Shown here one piece after another: positions 50,001 through 63,400 of a DNA stretch of 64,000 nucleotides; positions within the stretch are counted from its first letter, which is position 1; the number at the start of each line of letters is the position of its first letter. The stretch comes from Eledone cirrhosa. Taxonomy: Eukaryota. The stretch is from NCBI GenBank assembly GCA_964016885.1, contig OZ024744.1, forward strand, positions 102,920,001 through 102,984,000, given 5' to 3'. Position numbers and translations under genes: made by a program. The notes beneath the pieces were generated by a model, which was given only the letters and a program-made list of their open reading frames with translations, searched no databases and was not told the origin of the DNA.

Positions 50001-53000
50001 CAAAGTGGTCCTGCTGCCATGAAACTAAAAAGTAGTCAGTCTACTGTTCAACTGGTCTTGTTGCCATGAAACTAAAAAGTAACCAGTTCCACTGTTTAAA
50101 GTGGTCCTGTTGCCATGAAACTAAAAAGTAAACAGTCAACTGTTTAAAGTGGTCCTGTTGCCATGAAACTAAAAAGTAAACAGTCTACTGTTTAAAGTGA
50201 TTCTGTTGCCATGAAACCAAAAAGTAGTCAGTCCACTGTTTAAAGTGGTCCTGCTGCCATAAAACTATAAAGTAATCAGTCTACTGTTTAAAGTGGTCCT
50301 GCTGACATGAAACTAAAAAGTAGTCAGTCCATGTTTAAAGTGGTCCTGCTGCCATGAAACTAAAAAGTAGTCTGTCCACTGTTTAAAGTGGTCGTGCTGC
50401 CATGAAACTAAAAATAGTCAGTCCACTGTTTAAAGCGGTCCTGCTGCCAAGAAATTAAAAAGTAGTCAGTCTACTGTTTAAAGTGGTCCTTCTGCCATGA
50501 AAATAAAAAGTAGTCAGTCCACTGTTTAAAGTGGTCCTGCTGCCATGAAACTAAAAAGTAACCAGTCTACTGTTTAAAGTGGTCCTGTTGCCATGAAACT
50601 AAAGAGTAACCAGTCCACTGTTTAAAGTGCTCCTGCTGCCATGAAACTAAAAATAGTCAGTCTACTTTTTAAAGTGGTCCTGTTGCCATGAAACTAAAAA
50701 GTAGTCAGTCCGATATTTAAAGTGGTCCTGCTTCCATGAAACTAAAAAGTAGTCAGTCTACTGTTTAAAGTGGTCCTGCTGCCATGAAACTAAAAAGTAA
50801 CCAGTCTACTGTTTAAAGTGGTCCTGCTGCCATGAAACTAAAAAGTAGTCAGTCCACTGTTTAAAGTGGTCCTGCTGCCATGAAACTAAAAAGTAACCAG
50901 TCTATTGCTTAAAGTGGTCCTGCTGCCATGAAACTAAAAAGTAACCAGTCTACTGCTTAAAGTGGTCCTGTTGCCATGAAACTAAAAAGTAGTCACTCTA
51001 CTATTTAAAGTGATCCTGTTGCCATGAAACCAAAAAGTAGTCAGTCCACTGTTTAAAGTGGTCCTGCTGCCATAAAACTATAAAGTAATCAGTCTACTGT
51101 TTAAAGTGGTCCTGCTGACATGAAACTAAAAAGTAGTCAGTCCATGTTTAAAGTGGTCCTGCTGCCATGAAACTAAAAATAGTCAGTCCACTGTTTAAAG
51201 CGGTCCTGCTGCCAAGAAATTAAAAAGTAGTCAGTCTACTGTTTAAAGTGGTCCTTCTGCCATGAAAATAAAAAGTAGTCAGTCCACTGTTTAAAGTGGT
51301 CCTGCTGCCATGAAACTAAAAAGTAACCAGTCTACTGTTTAAAGTGGTCCTGTTGCCATGAAACTAAAGAGTAACCAGTCCACTGTTTAAAGTGCTCCTG
51401 CTGCCATGAAACTAAAAATAGTCAGTCTACTTTTTAAAGTAGTCCTGTTGCCATGGAACTAAAAAGTAGTCAGTCCGATATTTAAAGTGGTCCTGCTGCC
51501 ATGAAACTAAAAAGTAGTCAGTCTACTGTTTAAAGTTATCCTGTTGCCATGAAACCAAAAAGTAGTCAGTCCACTGTTTAAAGTGGTCCTGCTGCCATGA
51601 AACTAAAAAGTAGTCAGTCTACTGTTTAAAGTGGTCCTGCTGCCATGAAACTAAAAAGTAACCAGTCTACTGTTTAAAGTGGTCCTGCTGCCATGAAACT
51701 AAAAAGTAGTCAGTCTACTGTTTAAAGTGGTCCTGCTGCCATGAAAATAAAAAGTAGTCAGTCCACTGTTTAAAGTGGTCCTGCTGTCATGAAACTAAAA
51801 AGTAACCAGTTCCACTGCTTAAAGTGGTCCTGTTGCCATTAAACTAAAAAGTAACCAGTCAACTGTATAAAGTTGTCCTGCTGCCATGAAACTAAAAAGT
51901 AACCAGTCTACTGTTTAAAGTGGTCCTGTTGCCATGAAACTAAAGAGTAACCAGTCCACTGTTTAAAGTGCTCCTGCTGCCATGAAACTAAAAAGTAGTC
52001 AGTCTACTTTTTAAAGTGGTCCTGCTGCCATGAAACTAAAAAGTAACCAGTCTACTGTTTAAAGTGGTCCTGCTGCCATGGAACTAAAAAGTAGTCAGTC
52101 TACTGTTTAAAGTGGTCCTGCTGCCATGGAACTAAAAAGTAATCAGTCTACTGTTTAAAGTGGGCCTGCTGCTATGAAACTAAAAAGTAGTCAGTCCACT
52201 GTTTAAAGTGGTTCTGCTGCCATGAAACTAAAAAGTAACCAGTCCACTGTTTAAAGTGGTACTGTTGCAATGAAACTAAAAAGTAACCAGTCCACTGTTT
52301 AAAGTGGTACTGTTGCAATGAAACTAAAAAGTAGTCAGTCCACTGTTTAAAGTGGTCCTGCTGCCATGAAACTAAAAAGTAACCAGTCTACTGCTTAAAG
52401 TGGTCCTGTTGCCATGAAACTAAAAAAATAGTCAGTCTGCTGTTTAAAGTGGTCCTGCTGCCATGAAACTAAAAAGTAACCAGTCCAGTATTTAAAGTGG
52501 TCCTGTTGCCATGAAACTAAAAAATAGTCAGTCTACTGTTTAAAGTGGTCCTGTTGCCATGAAACTAAAAAGTAGTCAGTCCACTGTTTAAAGTGGTCCT
52601 GCTGCCATGAAACTAAGAAGTAACCAGTCTACTGCTTAAAGTGGTCCTGTTGCCATTAAACTAAAAAGTAACCAGTCAACTGTATAAAGTTGTCCTGCTG
52701 CCATGAAACTAAAAAGTAACCAGTCTACTGTTTAAAGTGGTCCTGTTGCCATGAAACTAAAGAGTAACCAGTCCACTGTTTAAAGTGCTCCTGCTGCCAT
52801 GAAACTAAAAATAGTCAGTCTACTTTTTAAAGTGGTCCTGTTGCCATGAAACTAAAAAGTAGTCAGTCCGATATTTAAAGTGGTCCTGCTGCCATGAAAC
52901 TAAAAAGTAGTCAGTCTACTGTTTAAAGTAATCCTGTTGCCATGAAACCAAAAAGTAGTCAGTCCACTGTTTAAAGTGGTCCTGCTGCCATGAAACTAAA

Positions 53001-54435
53001 AAGTAGTCAGTCTACTGTTTAAAGTGGTCCTGCTGCCATGAAACTAAAAAGTAACCAGTCTACTGTTTAAAGTGGTCCTGCTGCCATGAAACTAAAAAGT
53101 AGTCAGTCTACTGTTTAAAGTGGTCCTGCTTCCATGAAACTAAAAAGTAGTCAGTCTACTGTTTAAAGTGGTCCTGCTGCCATGAAACTAAAAAGTAACC
53201 AGTCTACTGTTTAAAGTGGTCCTGCTGCCATGGAACTAAAAAGTAATCAGTCTACTGTTTAAAATGGGCCTGCTGCTATGAAACTAAAAAGTAGTCAGTC
53301 CACTGTTTAAAGTGGTTCTGCTGCCATGAAACTAAAATTAACCAGTCCACTGTTTAAAGTGGTCCTGTTGCAATGAAACTAAAAAGTAGTCAGTCCACTG
53401 TTTAAAGTGGTCCTGCTGCCATGAAACTAAAATTAACCAGTCCACTGTTTAAAGTGGTACTGTTGCAATGAAACTAAAAAGTAACCAGTCCACTGTTTAA
53501 AGTGGTACTGTTGCAATGAAACTAAAAAGTAGTCAGTCCACTGTTTAAAGTGGTCCTGCTGCCATGAAACTAAAAAGTAACCAGTCTATTGCTTAAAGTG
53601 GTCCTGCTGCCATGAAACTAAAAAGTAACCAGTCTACTGCTTAAAGTGGTCCTGTTGCCATGAAACTAAAAAGTAGTCAGTCTACTATTTAAAGTGATCC
53701 TGTTGCCATGAAACCAAAAAGTAGTCAGTCCACTGTTTAACTGGTCTTGTTGCCATGAAACTAAAAAGTAACCAGTTCCACTGTTTAAAGTGGTCCTGTT
53801 GCCATGAAACTAAAAAGTAAACAGTCTACTGTTTAAAGTGGTCCTGTTGCCATGAAACTAAAAAGTAAACAGTCTACTGTTTAAAGTGGTCCTGTTGCCG
53901 TGAAACTAAAAAGTAACCATTCCACTGTTTAAAGTGATCCTGTTGCCATGAAACCAAAAAGTAGTCAGTCCACTGTTTAAAGTGGTCCTGCTGCCATAAA
54001 ACTATAAAGTAATCAGTCTACTGTTTAAAGTGGTCCTGCTGACATGAAACTAAAAAGTAGTCAGTCCATGTTTAAAGTGGTCCTGCTGCCATGAAACTAA
54101 AAAGTAGTCTGTCCACTGTTTAAAGTGGTCGTGCTGCCATGAAACTAAAAATAGTCAGTCCACTGTTTAAAGCGGTCCTGCTGCCAAGAAATTAAAAAGT
54201 AGTCAGTCTACTGTTTAAAGTGGTCCTTCTGCCATGAAAATAAAAAGTAGTCAGTCCACTGTTTAAAGTGGTCCTGCTGCCATGAAACTAAAAAGTAACC
54301 AGTCTACTGTTTAAAGTGGTCCTGTTGCCATGAAACTAAAGAGTAACCAGTCCACTGTTTAAAGTGCTCCTGCTGCCATGAAACTAAAAATAGTCAGTCT
54401 ACTTTTTAAAGTGGTCCTGTTGCCATGAAACTAAA

Positions 54436-54740
54436 TATCGGACTGACTACTTTTTAGTTTCATGGCAACAGGACCACTTTAAAAAGTAGACTGACTACTT
54501 TTTAGTTTCATGGCAGCAGGACCACTTTAAACAGTAGACTGGTTACTTTTTAGTTTCATGGCAGCAGGACCACTTTAAACAGTAGACTGACTACTTTTTA
54601 GTTTCATGGCAGCAGGACCACTTTAAACAGTGGACTGACTACTTTTTGGTTTCATGGCAACAGGATTACTTTAAACAGTAGACTGACTACTTTTTAGTTT
54701 CATGGCAGCAGGACCACTTTAAATATCGGACTGACTACTT
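54436..54740 (-). repeat. 305-bp inverted satellite segment, copy 2
   Basis: Same sequence and junctions as 32194-32498 by eye. TATCGGACTGACTACTT lies at 54436 and 54724, with TAAA at 54432-54435 and TTTA at 54741-54744. Confidence 0.98.
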
Positions 54741-57481
54741 TTTAAAGTGGTCCTGCTGCCATGAAACTAAAAAGTAGTCAGTCTACTGTTTAAAGTAATC
54801 CTGTTGCCATGAAACCAAAAAGTAGTCAGTCCACTGTTTAAAGTGGTCCTGCTGCCATGAAACTAAAAAGTAGTCAGTCTACTGTTTAAAGTGGTCCTGC
54901 TGCCATGAAACTAAAAAGTAACCAGTCTACTGTTTAAAGTGGTCCTGCTGCCATGAAACTAAAAAGTAGTCAGTCTACTGTTTAAAGTGGTCCTGCTTCC
55001 ATGAAACTAAAAAGTAGTCAGTCTACTGTTTAAAGTGGTCCTGCTGCCATGAAACTAAAAAGTAACCAGTCTACTGTTTAAAGTGGTCCTGCTGCCATGA
55101 AACTAAAAAGTAGTCAGTATACTGTTTAAAGTGGTCCTGCTGCCATGGAACTAAAAAGTAATCAGTCTACTGTTTAAAGTGGGCCTGCTGCTATGAAACT
55201 AAAAAGTAGTCAGTCCACTGTTTAAAGTGGTTCTGCTGCCATGAAACTAAAATTAACCAGTCCACTGTTTAAAGTGGTCCTGTTGCAATGAAACTAAAAA
55301 GTAGTCAGTCCACTGTTTAAAGTGGTCCTGCTGCCATGAAACTAAAATTAACCAGTCCACTGTTTAAAGTGGTACTGTTGCAATGAAACTAAAAAGTAAC
55401 CAGTCCACTGTTTAAAGTGGTACTGTTGCAATGAAACTAAAAAGTAGTCAGTCCACGGTTTAAAGTGGTCCTGCTGCCATGAAACTAAAAAGTAACCAGT
55501 CTATTGCTTAAAGTGGTCCTGCTGCCATGAAGCTAAAAAGTAACCAGTCTACTGCTTAAAGTGGTCCTGTTGCCATGAAACTAAAAAGTAGTCAGTCTAC
55601 TATTTAAAGTGATCCTGTTGCCATGAAACCAAAAAGTAGTCAGTCCACTGTTTAAAGTGGTCCTGCTGCCATAAAACTATAAAGTAATCAGTCTACTGTT
55701 TAAAGTGGTCCTGCTGACATGAAACTAAAAAGTAGTCAGTCCATGTTTAAAGTGGTCCTGCTGCCATGAAACTAAAAATAGTCAGTCCACTGTTTAAAGC
55801 GGTCCTGCTGCCAAGAAATTAAAAAGTAGTCAGTCTACTGTTTAAAGTGGTCCTTCTGCCATGAAAATAAAAAGTAGTCAGTCCACTGTTTAAAGTGGTC
55901 CTGCTGCCATGAAACTAAAAAGTAACCAGTCTACTGTTTAAAGTGGTCCTGTTGCCATGAAACTAAAGAGTAACCAGTCCACTGTTTAAAGTGCTCCTGC
56001 TGCCATGAAACTAAAAATAGTCAGTCTACTGTTTAAAGTTATCCTGTTGCCATGAAACCAAAAAGTAGTCAGTCCACTGTTTAAAGTGGTCCTGCTGCCA
56101 TGAAACTAAAAAGTAGTCAGTCTACTGTTTAAAGTGGTCCTGCTGCCATGAAACTAAAAAGTAACCAGTCTACTGTTTAAAGTGGTCCTGCTGCCATGAA
56201 ACTAAAAAGTAGTCAGTCTACTGTTTAAAGTGGTCCTGCTGCCATGAAAATAAAAAGTAGTCAGTCCACTGTTTAAAGTGGTCCTGCTGTCATGAAACTA
56301 AAAAGTAACCAGTCTACTGCTTAAAGTGGTCCTGTTGCCATTAAACTAAAAAGTAACCAGTCAACTGTATAAAGTTGTCCTGCTGCCATGAAACTAAAAA
56401 GTAACCAGTCTACTGTTTAAAGTGGTCCTGTTGCCATGAAACTAAAGAGTAACCAGTCCACTGTTTAAAGTGCTCCTGCTGCCATGAAACTAAAAAGTAG
56501 TCAGTCTACTTTTTAAAGTGGTCCTGCTGCCATGAAACTAAAAAGTAACCAGTCTACTGTTTAAAGTGGTCCTGCTGCCATGGAACTAAAAAGTAGTCAG
56601 TCTACTGTTTAAAGTGGTCCTGCTGCCATGGAACTAAAAAGTAATCAGTCTACTGTTTAAAGTGGGCCTGCTGCTATGAAACTAAAAAGTAGTCAGTCCA
56701 CTGTTTAAAGTGGTTCTGCTGCCATGAAACTAAAAAGTAACCAGTCCACTGTTTAAAGTGGTACTGTTGCAATGAAACTAAAAAGTAACCAGTCCACTGT
56801 TTAAAGTGGTACTGTTGCAATGAAACTAAAAAGTAGTCAGTCCACTGTTTAAAGTGGTCCTGCTGCCATGAAACTAAAAAGTAACCAGTCTACTGCTTAA
56901 AGTGGTCCTGTTTCCATGAAACTAAAAAAATAGTCAGTCTGCTGTTTAAAGTGGTCCTGCTGCCATGAAACTAAAAAGTAACCAGTCCAGTATTTAAAGT
57001 GGTCCTGTTGCCATGAAACTAAAAAATAGTCAGTCTACTGTTTAAAGTGGTCCTGTTGCCATGAAACTAAAAAGTGGTCAGTCTACTGTTCAAAGTGGTC
57101 CTGCTTCCATGAAACTAAAAAGTAGTCAGTCTACTGTTTAACTGGTCTTGTTGCCATGAAACTAAAAAGTAACCAGTCTACTGGTCAAAGTGGTCCTGCT
57201 GCCATGAAACTAAAAAGTAGTCAGTCAACTGTTTAAAGTGGTCCTGCTGCCATGAAACTAAAAAGTAGTCAGTCTACTGTTTAAACTGGTCCTGCTGCCA
57301 TGAAACTAAAAAGTAACCAGTTCCACTGTTTAAAGTGGTCCTGTTGCCATGAAACTAAAAAGTAAACAGTCTACTGTTTAAAGTGGTCCTGTTGCCATGA
57401 AACTAAAAAGTAAACAGTCTACTGTTTAAAGTGGTCCTGTTGCCGTGAAACTAAAAAGTAACCATTCCACTGTTTAAAGTG

Positions 57482-60400
57482 GTCCTGCTGCCATGAAACT
57501 AAAAAGTAGTCAGTATACTGTTTAAAGTGGTCCTGCTGCCATGAAACTAAAAAGTAACCAGACCACTGTTTAAAGTGGTCCTGCTCCCATGAAACTAAAA
57601 AGTAACCAGTCTACTGCTTAAAGTGGTTCTGTTGCCATGAAACTAAAAAGCAGTCAGTCTACTGTTTAAAGTGGTCCTGTTGCCATGAAACTCAAAAGTA
57701 ACCAGTCTACTGCTTAAAGTGGTCCTCTTGCAATGAAACTAAAAAGTAGTCAGTCTACTGTTTAAAGTGGTCCTGCTGCCATGAAACTAAAAAGTAGTCA
57801 GTCTACTGTTTAAAGTGGTCCTGCTGCCATGAAACTAAAAAGTAACCAGTCCACTGTTTAAAGTGGTCCTGCTGCCATGAAACTAAAAAGTAACCAGTCC
57901 ACTGTTTAAAGTGGTCCTGCTCCCATGAAAGTAAAAAGTAACCAGTCCACTGTTTAAAGTGGTCCTGTTGCCATGAAACCAAAAATTAGTCAGACCACTG
58001 TTTAAAGTGGTCCTGCTGCCATGAAACTAAAAAGTAACCAGTCTACTGCTTAAAGTGGTCCTCTTGCAATGAAACTAAAAAGTAGTCAGTCTACTGTTTA
58101 AAGTGGTCCTGCTGCCATGAAACTAAAAAGTAGTCAGTCTACTGTTTAAAGTGGTCCTGTTGCCATGAAACTAAAAAATAGACAGTCTTCTGTTTAAAGT
58201 GGTCCTGCTGCCATGAAACTAAAAAGTAGTCAGTATACTGTTTAAAGTGGTCCTGCTGCCATGAAACTAAAAAGTAACCAGTCTACTGTTTAAAGTGGTC
58301 CAGCTGCCATGAAACTAAAAAGGAGTCAGTCTACTGTTTAAACTGGTCCTGCTGCCATGAAACTAAAAAGTAACCAGTTCCACTGTTTAAAGTGGTCCTG
58401 TTGCCATGAAACTAAAAAGTAAACAGTCTACTGTTTAAAGTGGTCCTGTTGCCATGAAACTAAAAAGTAGTCAGTCTACTGTTTAAAGTGGTCCTGTTGC
58501 CGTGAAACTAAAAAGTAACCATTCCACTGTTTAAAGTGGTCCTGCTCCCATGAAACTAAAAAGTAGTCAGTATACTGTTTAAAGTGGTCCTGCTGCCATG
58601 AAACTAAAAAGTAACCAGACCACTGTTTAAAGTGGTCCTGCTCCCATGAAACTAAAAAGTAACCAGTCTACTGCTTAAAGTGGTTCTGTTGCCATGAAAC
58701 TAAAAAGCAGTCAGTCTACTGTTTAAAGTGGTCCTGTTGCCATGAAACTCAAAAGTAACCAGTCTACTGCTTAAAGTGGTCCTCTTGCAATGAAACTAAA
58801 AAGTAGTCAGTCTACTGTTTAAAGTGGTCCTGCTGCCATGAAACTAAAAAGTAGTCAGTCTACTGTTTAAAGTGGTCCTGCTGCCATGAAACTAAAAAGT
58901 AACCAGTCCACTGTTTAAAGTGGTCCTGCTGCCATGAAACTAAAAAGTAACCAGTCCACTGTTTAAAGTGGTCCTGTTGCCATGAAACCAAAAATTAGTC
59001 AGACCACTGTTTAAAGTGGTCCTGCTGCCATGAAACTAAAAAGTAACCAGTCTACTGCTTAAAGTGGTCCTCTTGCAATGAAACTAAAAAGTAGTCAGTC
59101 TACTGTTTAAAGTGGTCCTGTTGCCATGAAACTAAAAAGTAGTCAGTCTTCTGTTTAAAGTAGTCCTGCTGCCATGAAACTAAAAAGTAGTCAGTATACT
59201 GTTTAAAGTGGTCCTGCTGCCATGAAACTAAAAAGTAACCAGTCTACTGTTTAAAGTGGTCCAGCTGCCATGAAACTAAAAAGGAGTCAGTCTACTGTTT
59301 AAACTGGTCCTGCTGCCATGAAACTAAAAAGTAACCAGTTCCACTGTTTAAAGTGGTCCTGTTGCCATGAAACTAAAAAGTAAACAGTCTACTGTTTAAA
59401 GTGGTCCTGTTGCCATGAAACTAAAAAGTAAACAGTCTACTGTTTAAAGTGGTCCTGTTGCCGTGAAACTAAAAAGTAACCATTCCACTGTTTAAAGTGG
59501 TCCTGCTGCCATGAAACTAGAAAGTAACCAGCCTACTCTTTAAAGTGGTCCTGTTGCCATTAAACTAAAAAGTAACCAGTCTACTGTTTAAAGTGGTCCT
59601 GCTGCCATGAAACTAAAAAGTAGTCAGTATACTGTTTAAAGTGGTCCTGCTGCCATGAAACTAAAAAGTAAACAGACCACTGTTTAAAGTGGTCCTGCTC
59701 CCATGAAACTAAAAAGTAACCAGTCTACTGCTTAAAGTGGTACTGTTGCCATGAAACTAAAAAGCAGTCAGTCTACTGTTTAAAGTGGTCCTGTTGCCAT
59801 GAAACTCAAAAGTAACCAGTCTACTGCTTAATGTGGTCCTCTTGCAATGAAACTAAAAAGTCGTCAGTCTACTGTTTAAAGTGGTCCTGCTGCCATGAAA
59901 CTAAAAAGTAACCAGTCCACTGTTTAAAGTGGTCCTGCTGCCATGAAACTAAAAAGTAGTCAGTCTACTGTTTAAAGTGGTCCTGCTGCCATGAAACTAA
60001 AAAGTAAACAGACCACTGTTTAAAGTGGTCCTGCTCCCATGAAACTAAAAAGTAACCAGTCTACTACTTAAAGTGGTACTGTTGCCATGAAACTAAAAAG
60101 CAGTCAGTCTACTGTTTAAAGTGGTCCTGTTGCCATGAAACTCAAAAGTAACCAGTCTACTGCTTAATGTGGTCCTCTTGCAATGAAACTAAAAAGTCGT
60201 CAGTCTACTGTTTAAAGTGGTCCAGCTGCCATGAAACTAAAAAGTAGTCAGTCTACTGTTTAAAGTGGTTCTGCTGCCATGAAACTAAAAAGTAACCAGT
60301 CCACTGTTTAAAGTGGTCCTGCTGCCATGAAACTAAAAAGTAACCAGTCCACTGTTTAAAGTGGTCCTGCTGCCATGAAACTAAAAAGTAACCAGTGCAC

Positions 60401-63400
60401 TGTTTAAAGTGGTCCTGTTGCCATGAAACTAAAAAGTAGTCAGTCTACTGTTTAAAGTGGTCCTGCTGCCATGAAACTAAAAAGTAACCAGTCTACTGCT
60501 TAAAGTGGCTCTGTTGCCATGAAACTAAAAAGCAGTCCGTCTACTGTTTAAAGTGGTCCTGTTGCCATGAAACTCAAAAGTAACCAGTCCACTGTTTAAA
60601 ATGGTCCTGTTGCCATGAAACTAAAAAGTAGCCAGTCTACTGTTTAAAGTGGTCCTGTTGCCATGAAACTAAAACGTAACCAGTCCACCGTTTAAAGTGG
60701 TCCTGCTGCCATGAAACTAAAAAGTAACCAGTCCACTATTTAAAGTGGTCCTGTTGCCATGAAACTAAAAAGTAGTCAGTCCACCGTTTAAAGTAGTCCT
60801 GCTACCATGAAACTAAAAAGTAGTCAGTCTACTGTTTAAAGTGGTCCTGCTGCCATGAAACTAAAAAGTAACCAGCCCACTGTTTAAAGTGGTCCTGCTG
60901 CCATGAAACTAAAAAGTAACCAGTCCACTGTTTAAAGTGGTCCTGCTGCCATGAAACTAAAAAGTAACCAGTCCACCGTTTAAAGTGGTCCTGCTGCCAT
61001 GAAACTAAAAAGTAACCAGTCCACTATTTAAAGTGGTCCTGTTGCCATGAAACTAAAAAGTAGTCAGTCCACTGTTTAAAGTGGTCCTGCTGCCATGAAA
61101 CTAAAAAGTAACCAGTCTACTGTTTAAAGTGGTCCAGCTGCCATGAAACTAAAAAATAGTCAGTCTACTGTTTAAAGTGGTCCTGCTGCTATGAAACTAA
61201 AAAGTAACCAGTCTACTGTTTAAAGTCGTCCTGCTGCCATGAAACTAAAAAATAGTCGGTCTACTGTTTAAAGTGGTCCTGCTGCCATGAAACTAAAACG
61301 TAGTCATTCTACTGGTTAAAGTGGTTATGCTGCCATGAAACTAACAAGTAGTCAGTCTACTGGTTAAAGTGGTTATACTGCCATGAAACTAAAAAGTAGT
61401 CAGTCTAGTGGTTAAAGTGATCCTGTTGCCATGAAACTAAAAAGTAGTCAGTCCACTGTTTAAACTGGTCCTGCTGCCATGAAACTAAAAAGTAACCAGT
61501 TCCACTGTTTAAACTGGTCCTGCTGCCATGAAACTAAAAAGTAACCAGTTCCACTGTTTAAAGTGGTCCTGCTGCCATGAAACTAGAAAGTAACTAGCCT
61601 ACTCTTTAAAGTGGTCCTGTTGCCATTAAACTAAAAAGTAACCAGTCTACTGTTTAAAGTGGTCCTGCTGCCATGAAACTAAAAAGTAGTCAGTCTACTG
61701 TTTAAAGTGGTCCTGTTGCCATGAAACTAAAAAATAGTCAGTCTTCTGTTTAAAGTGGTCCTGCTGCCATGAAACTAAAAAGTAGTCAGTATACTGTTTA
61801 AAGTGGTCCTGCTGCTATGAAACTAAAAAGTAACCAGTCTACTGTTTAAAGTCGTCCTGCTGCCATGAAACTAAAAAGTAACCAGTCTACTGCTTAAAGT
61901 GGTTCTGTTGCCATGAAACTAAAAAGCAGTCAGTCTAATGTTTAAAGTGGTCCTGTTATCATGAACCTCAAAAGTAACCAGTCCACTGTTTAAAATGGTC
62001 CTGTTGCCATGAAACTAAAAAGTAGCCAGTCTACTGTTTAAACTGGTCCTGCTGCCATGAAACTAAAAAGTAACAAGTCCACTGTTTAAAGTGGTCCTGC
62101 TGCCATGAAACCAAAAAGTAGTCAGTCCACTGTTTAAAGTGGTCCTGCTGCCATAAAACTATAAAGTAGTCAGTCTACTGTTTAAAGTGGTCCTGTTGCC
62201 ATGAAACTAAAAAGTAAACAGTCTACTGTTTAAAGTGGTCCTGTTGCCATGAAACTAAAAAGTAAACAGTCTACTGTTTAAAGTGGTCCTGTTGCCGTGA
62301 AACTAAAAAGTAACCATTCCACTGTTTAAAGTGGTCCTGCTGCCATGAAACTAAAAAGTAGTCAGTATACTGTTTAAAGTGGTCCTGCTGCCATGAAACT
62401 AAAAAGTAACCAGACCACTGTTTAAAGTGGTCCTGCTCCCATGAAACTAAAAAGTAACCAGTCTACTGCTTAAAGTGGTTCTGTTGCCATGAAACTAAAA
62501 AGCAGTCAGTCTACTGTTTAAAGTGGTCCTGTTGCCATGAAACTCAAAAGTAACCAGTCTACTGCTTAAAGTGGTCCTCTTGCAATAAAACTAAAAAGTA
62601 GTCAGTCTACTGTTTAAAGTGGTCCTGCTGCCATGAAACTAAAAAGTAGTCAGTCTACTGTTTAAAGTGGTCCTGCTGCCATGAAACTAAAAAGTAACCA
62701 GTCCACTGTTTAAAGTGGTCCTGCTGCCATGAAACTAAAAAGTAACCAGTCCACTGTTTAAAGTGGTCCTGCTGCCATGAAAGTAAAAAGTAACCAGTCC
62801 ACTGTTTAAAGTGGTCCTGTTGCCATGAAACCAAAAATTAGTCAGACCACTGTTTAAAGTGGTCCTGCTGCCATGAAACTAAAAAGTAACCAGTCTACTG
62901 CTTAAAGTGGTCCTCTTGCAATGAAACTAAAAAGTAGTCAGTCTACTGTTTAAAGTGGTCCTGCTGCCATGAAACTAAAAAGTAGTCAGTCTACTGTTTA
63001 AAGTGGTCCTGTTGCCATGAAACTAAAAAGTAGTCAGTCTTCTGTTTAAAGTGGTCCTGCTGCCATGAAACTAAAAAGTAGTCAGTATACTGTTTAAAGT
63101 GGTCCTGCTGCCAGGAAACTAAAAAGTAACCAGTCTACTGTTTAAAGTGGTCCAGCTGCCATGAAACTAAAAAGGAGTCAGTCTACTATTTAAACTGGTC
63201 CTGCTGCCATGAAACTAAAAAGTAACCAGTTCCACTGTTTAAAGTGGTCCTGTTGCCATGAAACTAAAAAGTAAACAGTCTACTGTTTAAAGTGGTCCTG
63301 TTGCCATGAAACTAAAAAGTAAACAGTCTACTGTTTAAAGTGGTCCTGTTGCCGTGAAACTAAAAAGTAACCATTCCACTGTTTAAAGTGGTCCCGCTGC

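Larger units (their letters stand above)
15551..57481 (+). repeat. Core sub-domain of the satellite (variant family 2); left boundary approximate
   Basis: Diagnostic variants: CCATAAAACTATAAAGTAATC, GCTGACATG...CCATGTTT, TCTGTCCACCG...GTCGTG, AAGCGG...CCAAGAAATT, CTAAAGAG...GTGCTCC, CCGATATTT, GTACTGTTGCAATG. The sequence switches back to family 1 at about 57482. Confidence 0.85.
18810..57481 (+). repeat. About 16-kb tandem duplication: copy A about 18.8-34.9 kb, copy B about 34.9-57.5 kb (B lengthened by an internal 6.3-kb duplication)
   Basis: GGTCCTGGTG at 19231, 35287 and 41570. GCCTTGAAAC at 25281/47667 (offset 22386). GCTAAGAAATT with AAG at 26721/48963 (22242). AAGAAG at 30421/52615 (22194). 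Inversions at 32194/54436 (22242). The offset shifts match whole-monomer indels. The match ends at 35239/57481. Confidence 0.9.
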
